Source: Marsupella aquatica
Lineage: Eukaryota > Plantae > Marchantiophyta
Assembly: GCA_973895155.1 (NCBI GenBank)
Contig: OZ316899.1
Coordinates: forward strand, 13,519,934 to 13,583,933
Length of the DNA stretch: 64,000 nucleotides
Direction: 5' to 3'
This document shows positions 11,660-23,849 of this stretch, in pieces. The notes under the pieces were generated by a model. It searched no databases, was not told the origin of the DNA, and saw only the letters and a list, made by a program, of their open reading frames with translations. Every line of letters begins with the position of its first letter. Position 1 is the stretch's first letter. Made by a program: the position numbers and the translations under genes.

Positions 11660-13122
11660 CGGCGGAGTAGGAATAGATTAGGATTAGGATTGGCTTAGTC
11701 AGGCTCTTGGGACAGGCACCTTCCTTAGGTACAGCAGCGCTGCCCTGCTGTCCAGCCTGCGTAGATTAGGATCTTCTAATAAGACACAGCCGTTTTCCGG
11801 CCTGACTGTCAGCTTAGTTAGGACCTTAGTCAGCGAATCTTCGGCGAGAGGACACCCCGTTCCTCGGCTCTTAGTATTTAGTGCACCCCTCGGTAGAGGC
11901 AAGGGGGGGGGTTTTTAGTTTCAGAGTCGAACATCCGCGGGACATGCGGGGAGTCCCGACCTCTGGGAATGACAGAGTACCAAGGGGAGGGGGTAGGACT
12001 AAGCTCGCCGGGCAAGTGCGGAGCCGGGCTCCGTTGTAGTGTGCACCCTCGGCCTTGAACCTGTGCATTCCAGGGCTGTCGTGTCAACTAAGTGTACGCA
12101 TATGTTCCCTTTGTAGTAAAATCCTTTCCCATCATTTTCCTTCGTGTAAATCGAGATTGTATGCATGTGTGCGCATATGTGTGTGGGCTTCTCGTATATG
12201 GGTGGCAGCGCCAGGCCGAACGCACTACCCGAGACGTGCACAGGGTGCAGCCTACGGGTAAGTGGTTGCGAGCACGGGTTGAGGACCTGTATCATCGAAT
12301 CCGGATCGAAGGCGGACAGCAGGAAGGCTTAGAAGCCCTTAAGCCGGGGTCGATCCTGCTATCGACTAAGGTACGTTCCGGCGGCGGAACACAAACCATA
12401 CCTAGGAGGTGTCCGTATTTAGCAGTATGCGCACTTAGCGCTAGTTTACGAGAATAAGGTGCATTACGTGCTTCCCTTCCTGCCCGAACCCTCAGATTTA
12501 CGAGGGATGTGCCCGTCTAAGCTGAAGTCTGAGTTAAGGCCGAAGCCTACGACGTGACAAGAAGCTCTCGGTTAGTCATACAGTGACCCTTGTGTATATT
12601 CATGTTTCCTCATGCCTAAGAGCTGAATAGAGTTGGCCTCACGGCTTAGTTCGCAGAGCTTGTGTATGAGATGTACTGTTTGTATGGCAAGTGCATGGTA
12701 TGACTCAGTCAGAATGAGTCATTTTGCTATTTGTGTATCGCATTAACTTGTGTGAAGAGTGCCCACATCAACCAGAAGGAAGGAAAGTAAGCAGGGGGGT
12801 GAGAGTTGGATGTGTCGAGCTGAGAGAGGTCTTAGCGGCTTAACCAGGCCTATTGGGGATCATTCCGGCGGCGGAATCCAAACATACCTAACAAGACGGA
12901 GGGGAAGACGAGGGAAGGCCTAGATTAGGCCGGCTACGTATCTCATGACCCGATGAAGGATCTGTCCAGTATATGTGTGTAAAATGTTAATAGTAGTAGT
13001 AGAAGGTTAGCAGCGTCCCATGCCGCTAAGCCGCGGAAACGGCCTCGCCAAGCGCGAAACCTGCGGGAATCGGCTTGAGCTGGGGGGTTTCTTGGGTTTA
13101 GGGAGCCATGGGACGCACCACA

Positions 13123-15253
13123 CAAATGCTAGGTGATATGGGGTAGTTGAGTTAAAGGATGATGGTCTATAACTTAATAGTGCAGCAGAGTGGAGGATGG
13201 CATGACCCCAAGCAGCTGTTGGTAGGTTCGTCTGCATTAGTAGGGGTTGGGCAATCATCTATAATCATTTAATCAGGGATTTGGCTATTCCATTTTGAAA
13301 ATGGACGTGAGGTATGGGGTACTGGACATCAATGCTTGTGGCCTAGCAAAACTCTTTGAACATTTTGGAGGTAAATTCTCTTGCATCATCCACTCTGAGT
13401 GTTTTGATTTGGTTTTCAAGGAATTGTGCTCTCAGTTTTAGTATGTGTGCTAGGAGTCTAGAAAATACCAAGTTTCTTGTAGATAGTAAGGGTATCTGAC
13501 TCCATTTTGTTGATGCGACTATGAGTGCCAGGAAGAATCGGAATGGGCTGCTAGGGGGGTCAATCGGTCCGCATACATCAGCGTGTATGCGCTCCAGGAA
13601 GCGTGGGAGCGTTCAGTTTTAGGTGGTGAGGGCCGGATTATTAGTTTGCCCTGTGAGCAAGCTAAACAAGGGGCTTTCATGGACGTAGGATGGACCATTT
13701 CCGGTATACCATGGGTTTCTCTGATAAGCTTCTGGAACATTGTCATTCTAGGGTGACCTAGTCTCCTGTGCCAGATCTTGGTGAGTGTGCCTTGGGGTGC
13801 TTCAATGTGGAAACTGTGAATTTTAGTGGTGTAACAACCAGGGGGTGATGCACTCAGGATCTCTCTGATCTTGGTGTTTGGTGGTTCCCCCAAGGTAATG
13901 TACAAGACCTCCCGTCCATGTTGGGTGCCCGTCTTAATATGTAGCTTGTTAGCACAGATATCCCCAAAGCTTAGTAAGTTTTTGGTTGCCTTTGGGGCGT
14001 ATATTGCAGACTCCACCTGAATTGTTGTTCCGCGGGGTAGGGTGACCAATGCTGGTCCAAATCCCTCTTCCAATTGATGCTAGCCCATAATAGTTGTAAG
14101 TTTTCTCTATGATGGTGTAATTTGCTTAAAGTATTCGTTATGCTTGAAAATGGAATGCAATGTACCACTGTTGACTATGCAGTGGGAAAAAATTTCTTTT
14201 ATACTAGAGTTGGTTCTTGATATGGCCATGTTTATAGATGGTATGAGTTCTGTAGATTCTAAGAAAGTCCCGTACGTCTTGGGTTCATTTTGTGCAGTAC
14301 TCTTCTTATATAGTTGTACTAGGTGTGCAGGGGCACGACAGAATTTTTGAATGTGGCCTTTAGTGCCACAACAAAAACATATAGGGGGGTTTTCGTATTT
14401 ATCTCTTTGAGCACTTTGCTGTTGATTTGTCCTCCCTCGGGGTTGAGAATTGTCTTGTTGCCCGTTGTTTCTGAAGTTGCCGCCATTGTTTTGGTATCTT
14501 CCCTTGGATCTGCCTCTGAAAGAGTTGCTTCTGCCCATGCGTCCTTTGAAGGAGCTTCCTCGACCTTTGTTTGTGTTTCTCCCCTTGAAACTGCCTTGGC
14601 TGCGGTAAGATGATCCCTCTCCCCTTTGGGTTGTGACATAATGAGATTCTATGTTTGTGACTGGGGGGAGGGTTTTGGGGGGTCACTTTTGGGAGTTCTA
14701 TAATAACAATAGCTGATGCTTCTCAGCCAGGAGCATATGGGCAATCAATTTGGAATATTTAGTGAATCACATATTGCGGTATTGAGTAGAGAGGATAAGA
14801 TGGGTAGAGTGAAGGGTGGATAGCGTTTTCCTGATCTGTTCTTCATCATTTACGGGGTGGCCACATATGGCCAGTTGTGATACTATCCGGAATAGTTCAC
14901 AGTTGTAGTCCGCAATCATCTTATGGTCTTGGACTCTAAGATTGATCCAATCGTGTCTGGCTGCTGGTAGGTATATGGTGCAAGTGTGGTCAAAGCGTGA
15001 GTGAAGTTCTTCCCAGAGGACCCTCGGATTGTATTCATTCATATAATGTTGCTTCAAGGAGTCACTCAAATGGTGTCTAATTAGTATCAATGCCTGTGCC
15101 TTTTGCTAAAGAGTTAGGCCATTCACTTATTATTGTATCCTGTAGATTCTTTGAAGTTAAATGAGCTTTAGCATCAAGCCACCAGGACAAGTAGTTGGCG
15201 CCATCGATGCTAAGTGGTTGAAATAAGAGTTTCTCCATAGAATTCGTTGACAT
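13123..15253 (-). pseudogene. Bianca gag-PR-INT fragment with stops and frameshifts
   Basis: ORF fragments 14767-15090, 14107-14538, 13519-14073 and 13007-13258 are colinear with the 61370-63498 copy. Confidence 0.88.
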
Positions 15254-15576
15254 TTTTCTGGATTCTTGTGGTTTAATTTCTTATTGATAAGCTCAAGGTT
15301 GGTATTGTATTTGAATGTCCTATCTCAATGTCATTTGATTGGTGAAATTGAAGGAATTGAGGATGAAATTGCAAATCGTGGTTAGTGAATTGGAGTTTCT
15401 TATCTCATTGCTTGATTTTGTATCCAATTTGCTTCATTCTATGACATCCTTTTCCACTGGATGATTCCAGTCACCGTTGCACCTTCATCTGCCTTTAATC
15501 CTTCCCTAAATGATGCAAAATGTTGCTCGGGAGGGAAAAAAGTGTAATCCCTAAAAATTGATTAATTCAATCAGCA

Positions 15577-15590
15577 TCGTGCTGATAACG
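15577..15590 (-). promoter_or_regulatory. Bianca-type PBS (CGTTATCAGCACGA)
   Basis: Directly abuts the LTR and matches the motif characteristic of the Bianca lineage. Confidence 0.85.
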
Positions 15591-15742
15591 TGTTGTAAGG
15601 TATGAAACAACTAACTATTTCATTCATCATCCCACCATTACATATAGCTCCTATGCTGGCTAGGTAGTTAGGCGGTTGGACTTGGCCTAACTGTAGTAGG
15701 GTTTAACCCTAGGTAGGGTAGGTTTAGGTATGGGTTATAACA
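15591..15742 (-). repeat. Bianca 5' LTR, 152 bp
   Basis: TGTT...AACA termini. Homologous to 57355-57505. Confidence 0.9.
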
Positions 15743-18700
15743 TCTTTGACTTTATAGGGTCCAAGCCACTTGGTATGAAGCTTCCCCTGAAACAACATGT
15801 AAAAGTTATCAAAAAGTAGAACCAAATCACCTGGTAAAATCTTCACTTCTTTGAGCTTAGCATCATATCTCTTTGCACGGCCTACTTGTTGTTTCTCTGT
15901 CTCAATCAAAGCATAATTGCGATCTTCTTCTAGCTTCTCCAAATTCTGTAACCTGATAGTCTGACTTGACTCCTCATCCAGCCAAGTGGTATCAGATATC
16001 CGGTAGGTGGGTACCTCAAATTCCACCGGGACAATACTATGGAGTCCATAACCAAGTAAAAAGGAGTTTGCTTAGTTGTGATTTTCTCAGCTGTCCGATA
16101 TGCCCATAATGCGGAATGTAATTTAAAATCCCATTCTGACTTGTGTCCAACCACCGACTTTGGTAAGATGCATTCCATCAACCCGTTAGTTTTCCCAGTG
16201 AGTCCATTAGCTTTAGGATTGTAAGGGGTGGTTTTTCTATGTCAGATCAGATATGTATCAGTGAGACTTTGGATACTATTGTTGAGAAAATGAAGACCTC
16301 TGTCACTGACCAACTCCAAAGGGCAACCAAATCTTACCAAGATATTTTCAAAGATGAATTTAGTTGCTGTCTGAGCATCATTTTTCCTGGTTGCTCTAGC
16401 TTCCACCCACTTTGTTGCATAATCTGTCGCAAGAATGATGTATCGATTTTTGGTTCTTGTCGAGGGAGGTTGAATGGGGCTCACAAAATCTATGCCCCAC
16501 TTCTCAAAAGGTGCTAAAGGCATAATAGGAGTTAAAGGCCAATGAGAAGTGGAAGTAGGTTTACCCATTCTCTGACAGGGATCACAAGTTTGGATGTAAG
16601 ACTAAGTAGTCCTATACATAGTCGGCCTCCAGTATCCAGCATTCCGGATTTTCTTCACAGTGTTCATTGATGCATAATGTCCACCAACCTCTTCTGTATG
16701 CATGGCCTGAATGACAGTTTGATCTCCTTCTTCTCGAGACATTTCTTCAACTCTTGGTCTGGAGTCTGCTTGTACAACACACCTTCTTGTAAGGTATAAG
16801 GCCCAACCTTATACATGAAGATTGCTTGTTGCTCCTTGTTCAAATTCTCTCGTAAAACACCCAAAGTCAGAAGTTTGATGATATTTGCATACCAAGAATC
16901 CTCCTCATGAACACATAAAATGTCTTCATCCGGAAATCGATCATTCAATGGAGATTCATTTGCCTCACCGTCTAATCTTGAGAGGAAATCAAAATTCTCA
17001 TGATGTTTTCCAGGTCAAACTTCCACAGTAAAGTTGAATTCTTGTAGTAAAAGAACCCATCTAGCAATTCTTCCCAAAATGTCAGTTTGATTGACTAAAT
17101 ATTTCAGCGAAGAATGGTCCGTGTGAAATATCGTATGATATCCCAAAAGATAGTGTCTGAACTTCTTACAAACAAACACCACTGCCAATGCTTCTCTTTC
17201 CGTGACAGTATAGTTCTTCTCAGCAGGGTTCATTTGTCTACTAGCATAGAAGATAGGATGGTCCTTACCGGCTTTGTCCTTCTAACTGAGGACTGCCCCA
17301 ACACAAAATGCTGAAGCGTCAATGTACACATGAAAGGTGGTATCAGCACAGGGGCAAACACCAACTTATCCTTCAAATTCCGGAAAGCTGTTTGCCGAGC
17401 TTCAATAAAGGCATATTCAACATCCTTCTCAACAACTGAGTCAGGGGCATTGCAATCTCAACATATTTACGAATGAATCTTTGGTAGCATCCCACATGAT
17501 TTAAAAATGCTCTCAACTCTCTTAAATTAGCAGGGGGTTGAAGATTTTGAATAATCTTCACTTTTTTAGCATCTACCTCTATCCCTTTTTGAGAGATCAC
17601 ATGTCCCAACAACACTCCTTTTTGCATCCCATGAAACATTTTTGTGGATGTAAGCAAAGGCGAGCTTCTATGCATTTCTGGAAAGTGAATCTCAGCTTTT
17701 CCAGATGATCCTCTTCCATACTGAAGACACATAAATCATCAATACAAATTTCCAAAAATCTATGAAGGTATTCTTGAAAAATAATCATCATGATCCTTTG
17801 AAAGGTTCTTGGGGCATTGTAGAGTCCAAATGGCATTACTGAGAAAGCATATGTGTCGCAGTCCGTAGTGAATGTGGTCTTGTCACGGTCTTCCTCCCTA
17901 ACTGAAATTTGATTGTATCCAAAGTAACCATCAAGGAAGTTGAAAAGGTCATGTCCCGCAACTATATCTAAAACAATGTCAATAAAAGGTAAGGGGTAAT
18001 GGTCCTTCCTGGTGGCCACATTCAACTTCCAAAAATCTTGACAAACTTGGATTTTAACTTTTCCGTCCGGCCTTGGTTTCTTGGGTACAATGACTATGGG
18101 AGAAACCCACTCACAGCTTAGGACTGGAAAAATGAATCCGGCTTGGGTTAGCTTATCAATCTCATCCTTCACCATTATGGAGTATTTTGGATTAAGGCAA
18201 TATTGCCTTTGCCTAATTGGAATTGTTCCTTCAACCAAGTCTATCCGGTGTTGTCCCAGATAAGAGGGTATGGCTTTGATATCAGTATGGCTCCATGCAA
18301 AGACATCCCTATACTACTTCAGCAATTCCACATACTTAGTTCTCAAGTCACCCTGAATATGATTGCTGATATTCAAGAATTTTCCAGGTTCAATCTCCAC
18401 CTTTTGGCAAGCTCTTGGGTCTACTATCCCTTCAGTAAAACCCATAGGTTCAATAGTCAATCCTTTTGCTTCTCCTGGTAAGAACTCCGCGTTGACACCT
18501 TCTTGGTCACTCTTGACTTCCTCCCCATCCAAGGTCCTAGATTTGACTCCAGTACTTAGGTAGGAAGGGTTCTGGCGTCATCCAAGCTATAAGCCTGCTT
18601 CAAAGTCCTTTTCCGGATCAGAGTATAAAACCGAAGCTTTTTGGTTGATCGAAGTGTGATTGATCCGGATTTGCTGATGTTTTTGGATTCCTACCAAGTT

Positions 18701-21135
18701 CCGGAATTTCAGTTATGGCGGTTATTTTCAGAATTTCTCCCATCTCCACGGGAGCATCAAATTCAAAAATATAAAGAAATCACACGTCATCTTCTTTTCG
18801 TCGCTTGGTCTTGTTTCTGACTGAATCAGAGTCTGTCCATGTGATCGTGGAATTTGAAGTATAGCCTTTGTCCATCTCTGTCTCTCCCTGGTGAGGATCT
18901 ACGTCCCAGCTTACAATCACTCTAGGGGTACCAAAAGTTAATTCTTTCATAGTCCAATTAACTTTCACCTCGACACCATACAGCCAGGGCCGTCCTAACA
19001 GGATTGGAAAATTGGAAGGAGAGGAGGGTCGAATAATTACATACACCAAAGGAAATGTAATGCCTCCAATTATTGTATCCACATTCTGCAAAATTCCAAC
19101 TGGAGCAACTCGAGTTTGGTCTGCCATTCTCAGGAACCGATCAGTGGGCTCAAATTTTTCAAACCCAAAACTGTATGCAATAGATTTCATCATGAGGTTG
19201 ACACCTGATCCTCCATCAATAGGAACTCCCCGAATGGAACACCCAACAATTTGAATGGTCAATATAGGTTGTCCTCTATCCAAAGCCTCAAGGTGGAAGC
19301 AATTATGCACATCTATAGTTGGCAATTTGGCTTTTCTCCTTCTTCTACCACCTACTAATCTGATCTCCCTTAAAAATTGAGGGTTAATTCTAATCAATTC
19401 TCCTATTGTGATGTTGGCTTTGACATTGTCAATGTCTGCCACAATGTCATACGGTTGGGATTTCCCCAATTTCAATTTCCCTTCCTCAATTGAAGGCACC
19501 ACTGGGGTAATTGTCTTATTGATTTCAAGTTTCACTTGTAATTTGTGAGCCAAATCTCTTTGACTTCTGCAAAGATGTCCGGTAAGAAGTATTTAAGATC
19601 GTTACGATCATATGCTCCATCATTCATGTGGTCCACCCCTTCTCTTTCAGTTGCTACAGGTTGCTTGGCCTTCTTCAATTCCTTCTCAAGGGGCTTAACC
19701 AACTTTTTATCCTTAGATTGAGTAACTGCAAACACGTTTAGTACTCTGTCTCTCTCTCTCTAACTCTTTTGTTGGGTTGGCCAAGTTCCTCTTCCTTGAC
19801 TAAGTGAGGTACCTCAATGTCAAACACAAGGCCTTGTGGTCCTCCATTATTCATATTTGGAATTCTGGTGGTAGCAGTTTTAATTTCCGGATTCATATCT
19901 AGATCTGCACTTCGAAATAGTTTTCCCCGTTCTTTCTCCTTTTTCTTCACTATGGCAACTTGGGGTGTAGAATACTTCTTTGGGTTCCGATAAGTTGGAG
20001 AGGTGATTTCCACAATTTGGACATGGTCCACCTGTCCTTCTGGTAGCCACATTTCCTTCTCATAACACACAAGCTGAACATTAGATTCAGGTTTTTGCGT
20101 ATCTTTGACTGGCTCTTGTACATACCTTACCAACATTTTTGGCTTTGGTGGCACAGGACATTCCATCAGTAAATGACCTTCCTTACCACAATTTCCACAC
20201 AGAGAGGTCATTCCTTCAGGTCTCTTTGGCCACGAACATTGTGGTGAAAAATGGGCTTGATCCCCACAATTCCAACATACACCTCCTGGCAAAGTTCCTC
20301 TTGGTGGGTATCCTCCTGGTGGTGCCATAGGTGGCTTATAGACAGACCTATTAGGTCCCCCTTGGGGTCTTATTGGTGGTCTAGGGAAATATTGTACAAG
20401 GGCTTGAGGTTGAACTTGATCCACTGAATCTTCATACCTCTGGAACTCTGGATCACATTCTATCTCACCTTCATAGTCTTCACCTGCAATGTAATTCACT
20501 TGCTTTGAGCTAGGGCATTCATTAGGATAATGACCCATCTTCTTACAAACAACACACCACACATTGTACCTCGGTTGTTCTAAGGGTCTCTATGGTGGGT
20601 TATTCATTGCCAGGTTTACAACCAATCCTTTCATCTGTTTGGCAAGACCTTCCATTATGTCTACCAATTTGCCTTCACTTTTTGCAGTTTTTGTAGGTTT
20701 AACAGTGGACACTTTTTTGGGTTTCACCTCCTCCTCATCAGTGCTGTCTATATCATCTCCACTATCATCGCTCTCACTGGATGTATCGTCTTCAGAAGAG
20801 GAAGAATCAGCTTGTTTTTTTTTTTTTCTTAGACTTTTTCTTCTTTTTGCTTTCTTCTTCTGTAATCTCTTTTGCCAGCTGAGACCGTTGGGAGAGATTG
20901 GCATCCTTGCAATTAATTCCTTTCGCTCCTTCAAAGGAAAGTGATATTCTTCAAAATCCATAGTCTCCAATGCATGCACGTACTCTAGTTGGAAGGCTCT
21001 AGAAGCATTAAAGATTGTATATGGTTTGCTTCTTGTGTTTAATGAATGTTTTTTGTGCTCAGAATCTTCTGTAGTACCAACATATCCATTCAAATAATTA
21101 TGCTCCTTCCATTGTGTTGATTGCACCGCTTTCAT
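15743..21135 (-). pseudogene. Ty3/Gypsy family C gag-PR-RT-RH-INT (Athila-like non-chromovirus), degenerate and cut at the integrase C-terminus by Bianca
   Basis: Three CCHC knuckles, PR IDGGSGVNLM, RT (DHYPLPFID, FLDGYFGYNQI, ICIDD), RH (NYTVTEREALAVV, HTDH), INT (PFEKWGIDF, SDRG, ALWAYRT, WLGPY). There is no room for a second, archaeal-type RNase H between RH and INT. Confidence 0.92.
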
Positions 21136-21277
21136 CCACTACAGACTTGAATTGATTCGAGGTTGCTCGCTTTCAAGGACTTCCTCTCAGGAGGGTCTCT
21201 CTTGAAATGGTCTCCTTTGATTACTTCAATCTCTGCACAACTCAAATCTATCAAAGTACCTTCACTTCTTAGGTCAC

Positions 21278-21295
21278 TCCTTGACAACGGCGCCA
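21278..21295 (-). promoter_or_regulatory. PBS, tRNA-Asp-like (TGGCGCCGTTGTCAAGGA), Athila type
   Basis: Resembles the Athila PBS TGGCGCCGTTGCCGGGGA. Separated from the LTR end at 21303 by CGTTTTT. Confidence 0.85.
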
Positions 21296-21302
21296 AAAAA
21301 CG

Positions 21303-23124
21303 TGTGGTAGAGTGGTCACAATGTTAAATAAAAATTTAATATTGGAGGACTTGAATTTGTTCCCTTGAAGAGCTAATGAGAAGTGAATTGGTACTGAAAA
21401 GAACAAATAGGATGTTAATTGGGCATAACCTTGCCAAGGAGTTCTCTCTCTAGAGGATTGATGGTAATCAATGCACAAAACTAACAATTAAAGAAAGATA
21501 TGGAAAATGACTAGTAGGAATGTCTTTTCAATTGGCTTATGCAAAGAGATGATGGAAAATGACGACCCTCTAGTAGATCAACAGGATCCTAGATTTTTAA
21601 GATTCAAAATGCAACAGGGCTCACAACATGGTCGAATTAGAATAGACATCCAACATTAACTAGAAATTGACATGGAGATCTAGTTATCAAACAAAGAATT
21701 CTTTCTGGTCAACAAGTGGCAACGGTACTAAATGCTTAAATTGGTATCTTCCCACACAAAAAGTTCTAGATTGTCAAATTGATAACTTCTCAATCAAATT
21801 TAGATGATTACTCATGGTAAGGAAACATTCCATTTCAACTGCTAAAATAGCAAGAGTTCAATGCTACCAAGAATTCACATGAGTAATTCAAATCAAAATT
21901 CAATTTCCAAGTATGATGTCAAATTTTCTAAGTATTAACTTCTCAACAGGAGAAGGAGTCTGCAGTTCTACTCACAGCATGTCAAGGCTCAACATGAGCA
22001 CTTGAGGAGGAGTTTCTATGCTTCCAACAGAAATTGAGAACTGAAATGAAAACTAACTATCATCCTACTTAAGATGCTAGAGGAAAAGGGGGAAAGATCC
22101 CAAAAGGTAAAGTACCGTTTCTGGTTTTCATGGAAGGAAAAGTAACCGTCATTCAAAATCCAAAAGTGACAACAAAGGAAGATCCGGAAATGAGTATAAG
22201 GCAAAATCCAAAAATGGATTCTCGGGTTTACTACAAAATCCGGATTTTGATCCTAACCAGATCCGGAAATCCTAAATCTAATTTCTAATGAACTACAAAG
22301 CTACTAAACTATTGGAGAATCATCTTCTATCTCTACTCAAACTAGTTCACGTGTAGTATCAACTGGACTAATAGGCTTCTGAGAAGTTGGGGTCCTAAAA
22401 CTAATAGTAGCCTCCACATTCTTTGGGTCGAAGGGAGAACTGCATGGGGGACTGATAGTCAAAGGTGAAACAGACGGAAAACAAAACTCAACCTTCTCGA
22501 ATCCAGGTGGGATATCTTTTGCTTCGATTGCATCTATAATCATAGGGGACATACCGGATTCCGGAATCCGGATTTTGACAGGGGTCAACATGGACTTTGC
22601 ATCCAAAATGGCTTTCTCCATCTGGTTGAACGCTCCTGTGATCTTCTTGGCAAACCGGTTATTGCAGTCAATAACCTTAGCAAGAGTGCCTAGGTTGGTA
22701 GTTGCTAAGTACTTATCAATCAGGTTGGCTTCCAACAAGCCCAAGGCCGGTACATGAAGCGCTTCCTGAACACTGGTGACTACTCCATTCAGAAGCTTTC
22801 GGATCTGAAGATGGTCCTCCAACTTCTTTTGTGCAACATCCAACTGGTCTACCAAGGAGTCAATCTTCCTTCTGTCCTTGTCTACCTGGTCTTCTAAGTC
22901 CCAGATCCTCTTCTTGGCCTGACTTTTAATCACCATATCCAAAGTGGAAATGATGACAATCGGACCGCAGTTGAGCATCTCAGCAACTTTCCCTACAAGA
23001 TCCTCAAGCTGCTTAGCCTTTCCGATTGCACTCTCCACAAATGTCCGGACATGTTCCAACTCTACCGATGCCGTCCACTTGGAACTTGGGGTCACACCCG
23101 GAAGACTTCCTCTGCTTTCTGGTC
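21303..23124 (-). mobile_element. Family C 5' LTR, 3' portion
   Basis: Minus-strand end ...CTACCACA lies next to the PBS. Continues at 47288 once the CACTA is removed. Confidence 0.82.
22337..23124 (-). pseudogene. C-terminal (coiled-coil) half of the family C LTR ORF
   Basis: Removing the CACTA and one GTC copy gives the in-frame join PEPVRR-PESRGSLPGVTPSSKW with 47288-48152. Confidence 0.82.
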
Positions 23125-23139
23125 CACTAGTACATTTTT

Positions 23140-23665
23140 GACGACTTTCCGATACTCAAAATGCGACTATTTTGTCATGTCCAAACCCGAGAGTATCGGA
23201 CGTTGTCCGATACAAATACCTTCGTAATGTCCGATGTGCACCGCATCGGATTTAGTTAGTCCGATGTGTTCCCTAACGCAACCAATATCCCATATCGGTT
23301 ACATCGGAACATTTCCAAAACTAAATGAATCGGACATTTGACCGGAAAAGTATTGTCAAGGGTTTGATCTTCAGGTTATCGGATACAATGTGCGTTAGAG
23401 ACAACATCGGATATTTTCCGATGTTTATTCCAACACACATGGTTTTCGTAATAGAATACTACGGACATAAATTGCGTAAGGTAAAGAATTGGAAACATTT
23501 CTGAAGCGGTCAATATCGGACCCCTCTGTTGGAACATTGGACGAGGGGTCCGATGTTTCCAATATTGGATGTGAGTGTTCCGATAGTTGTGATATTGGAC
23601 AATTGCTGCGATTGAGCCTTTTGTGCTCCGATGCATATCCGATGCAAGTTTCATCGGATAGACCA
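23140..23665. repeat. CACTA left subterminal repeats (TCCGAT/ATCGGA)
   Basis: Many direct and inverted copies of the hexamer. Confidence 0.85.
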
Positions 23666-23849
23666 TTGGACACTGGTTATCTTGAGGTTCTTAGTTGAGT
23701 GGGGTTGAGAGAAGTATTAGAGATACTTTATGGAATATGTTTTATGCAAGAGTGGACATTGAGAAACAAATATAGTGCCGAGAAATATATAATGTCGGGA
23801 AAGTAAACACAAATATGGTAGGGGGCTAGCTATAGTTGCTACTTACTAG

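Larger units (their letters stand above)
8554..12559 (+). mobile_element. Solo LTR of family A, 4006 bp, TSD AGAAG
   Basis: Termini TGTGACG...CGTGACA. AGAAG lies at 8549-8553 and 12560-12564. The empty site (single AGAAG) is seen in the family B copy near 43738. Confidence 0.93.
7072..13122 (+). mobile_element. 3' part of a family B LTR (7072-8553 and 12565-13122), interrupted by solo LTR A and inserted in Bianca integrase
   Basis: Colinear and highly identical with 41922-44299, apart from the MITE there. Ends GGACGCACCACA at 13122, after which Copia integrase sequence begins. Confidence 0.9.
13123..15742 (-). mobile_element. Ty1/Copia Bianca-lineage element, 5' half (degenerate)
   Basis: Has an LTR, the PBS CGTTATCAGCACGA, gag (LWEEL..RFDH..LPAARHDWINLRVQD), a CCHC knuckle, protease, GAG-pre-integrase (WHRRLGHP) and the integrase start. 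Confidence 0.92.

Noticed and set aside
1-12559. Reading the two family A copies as the LTR pair of one ordinary intact retrotransposon
   Set aside because: The second copy has its own TSD (AGAAG) on both sides and sits inside family B sequence. The internal region lacks most of RT and all of RH and INT.
23140-23665. Regularly spaced short repeats (also 54281-54320 and 25111-25320) as a CRISPR-like array
   Set aside because: The units are 6-16 bp, with mixed orientation or simple tandem structure and no uniform spacers. They are explained as CACTA subterminal and LTR repeats in eukaryotic DNA.
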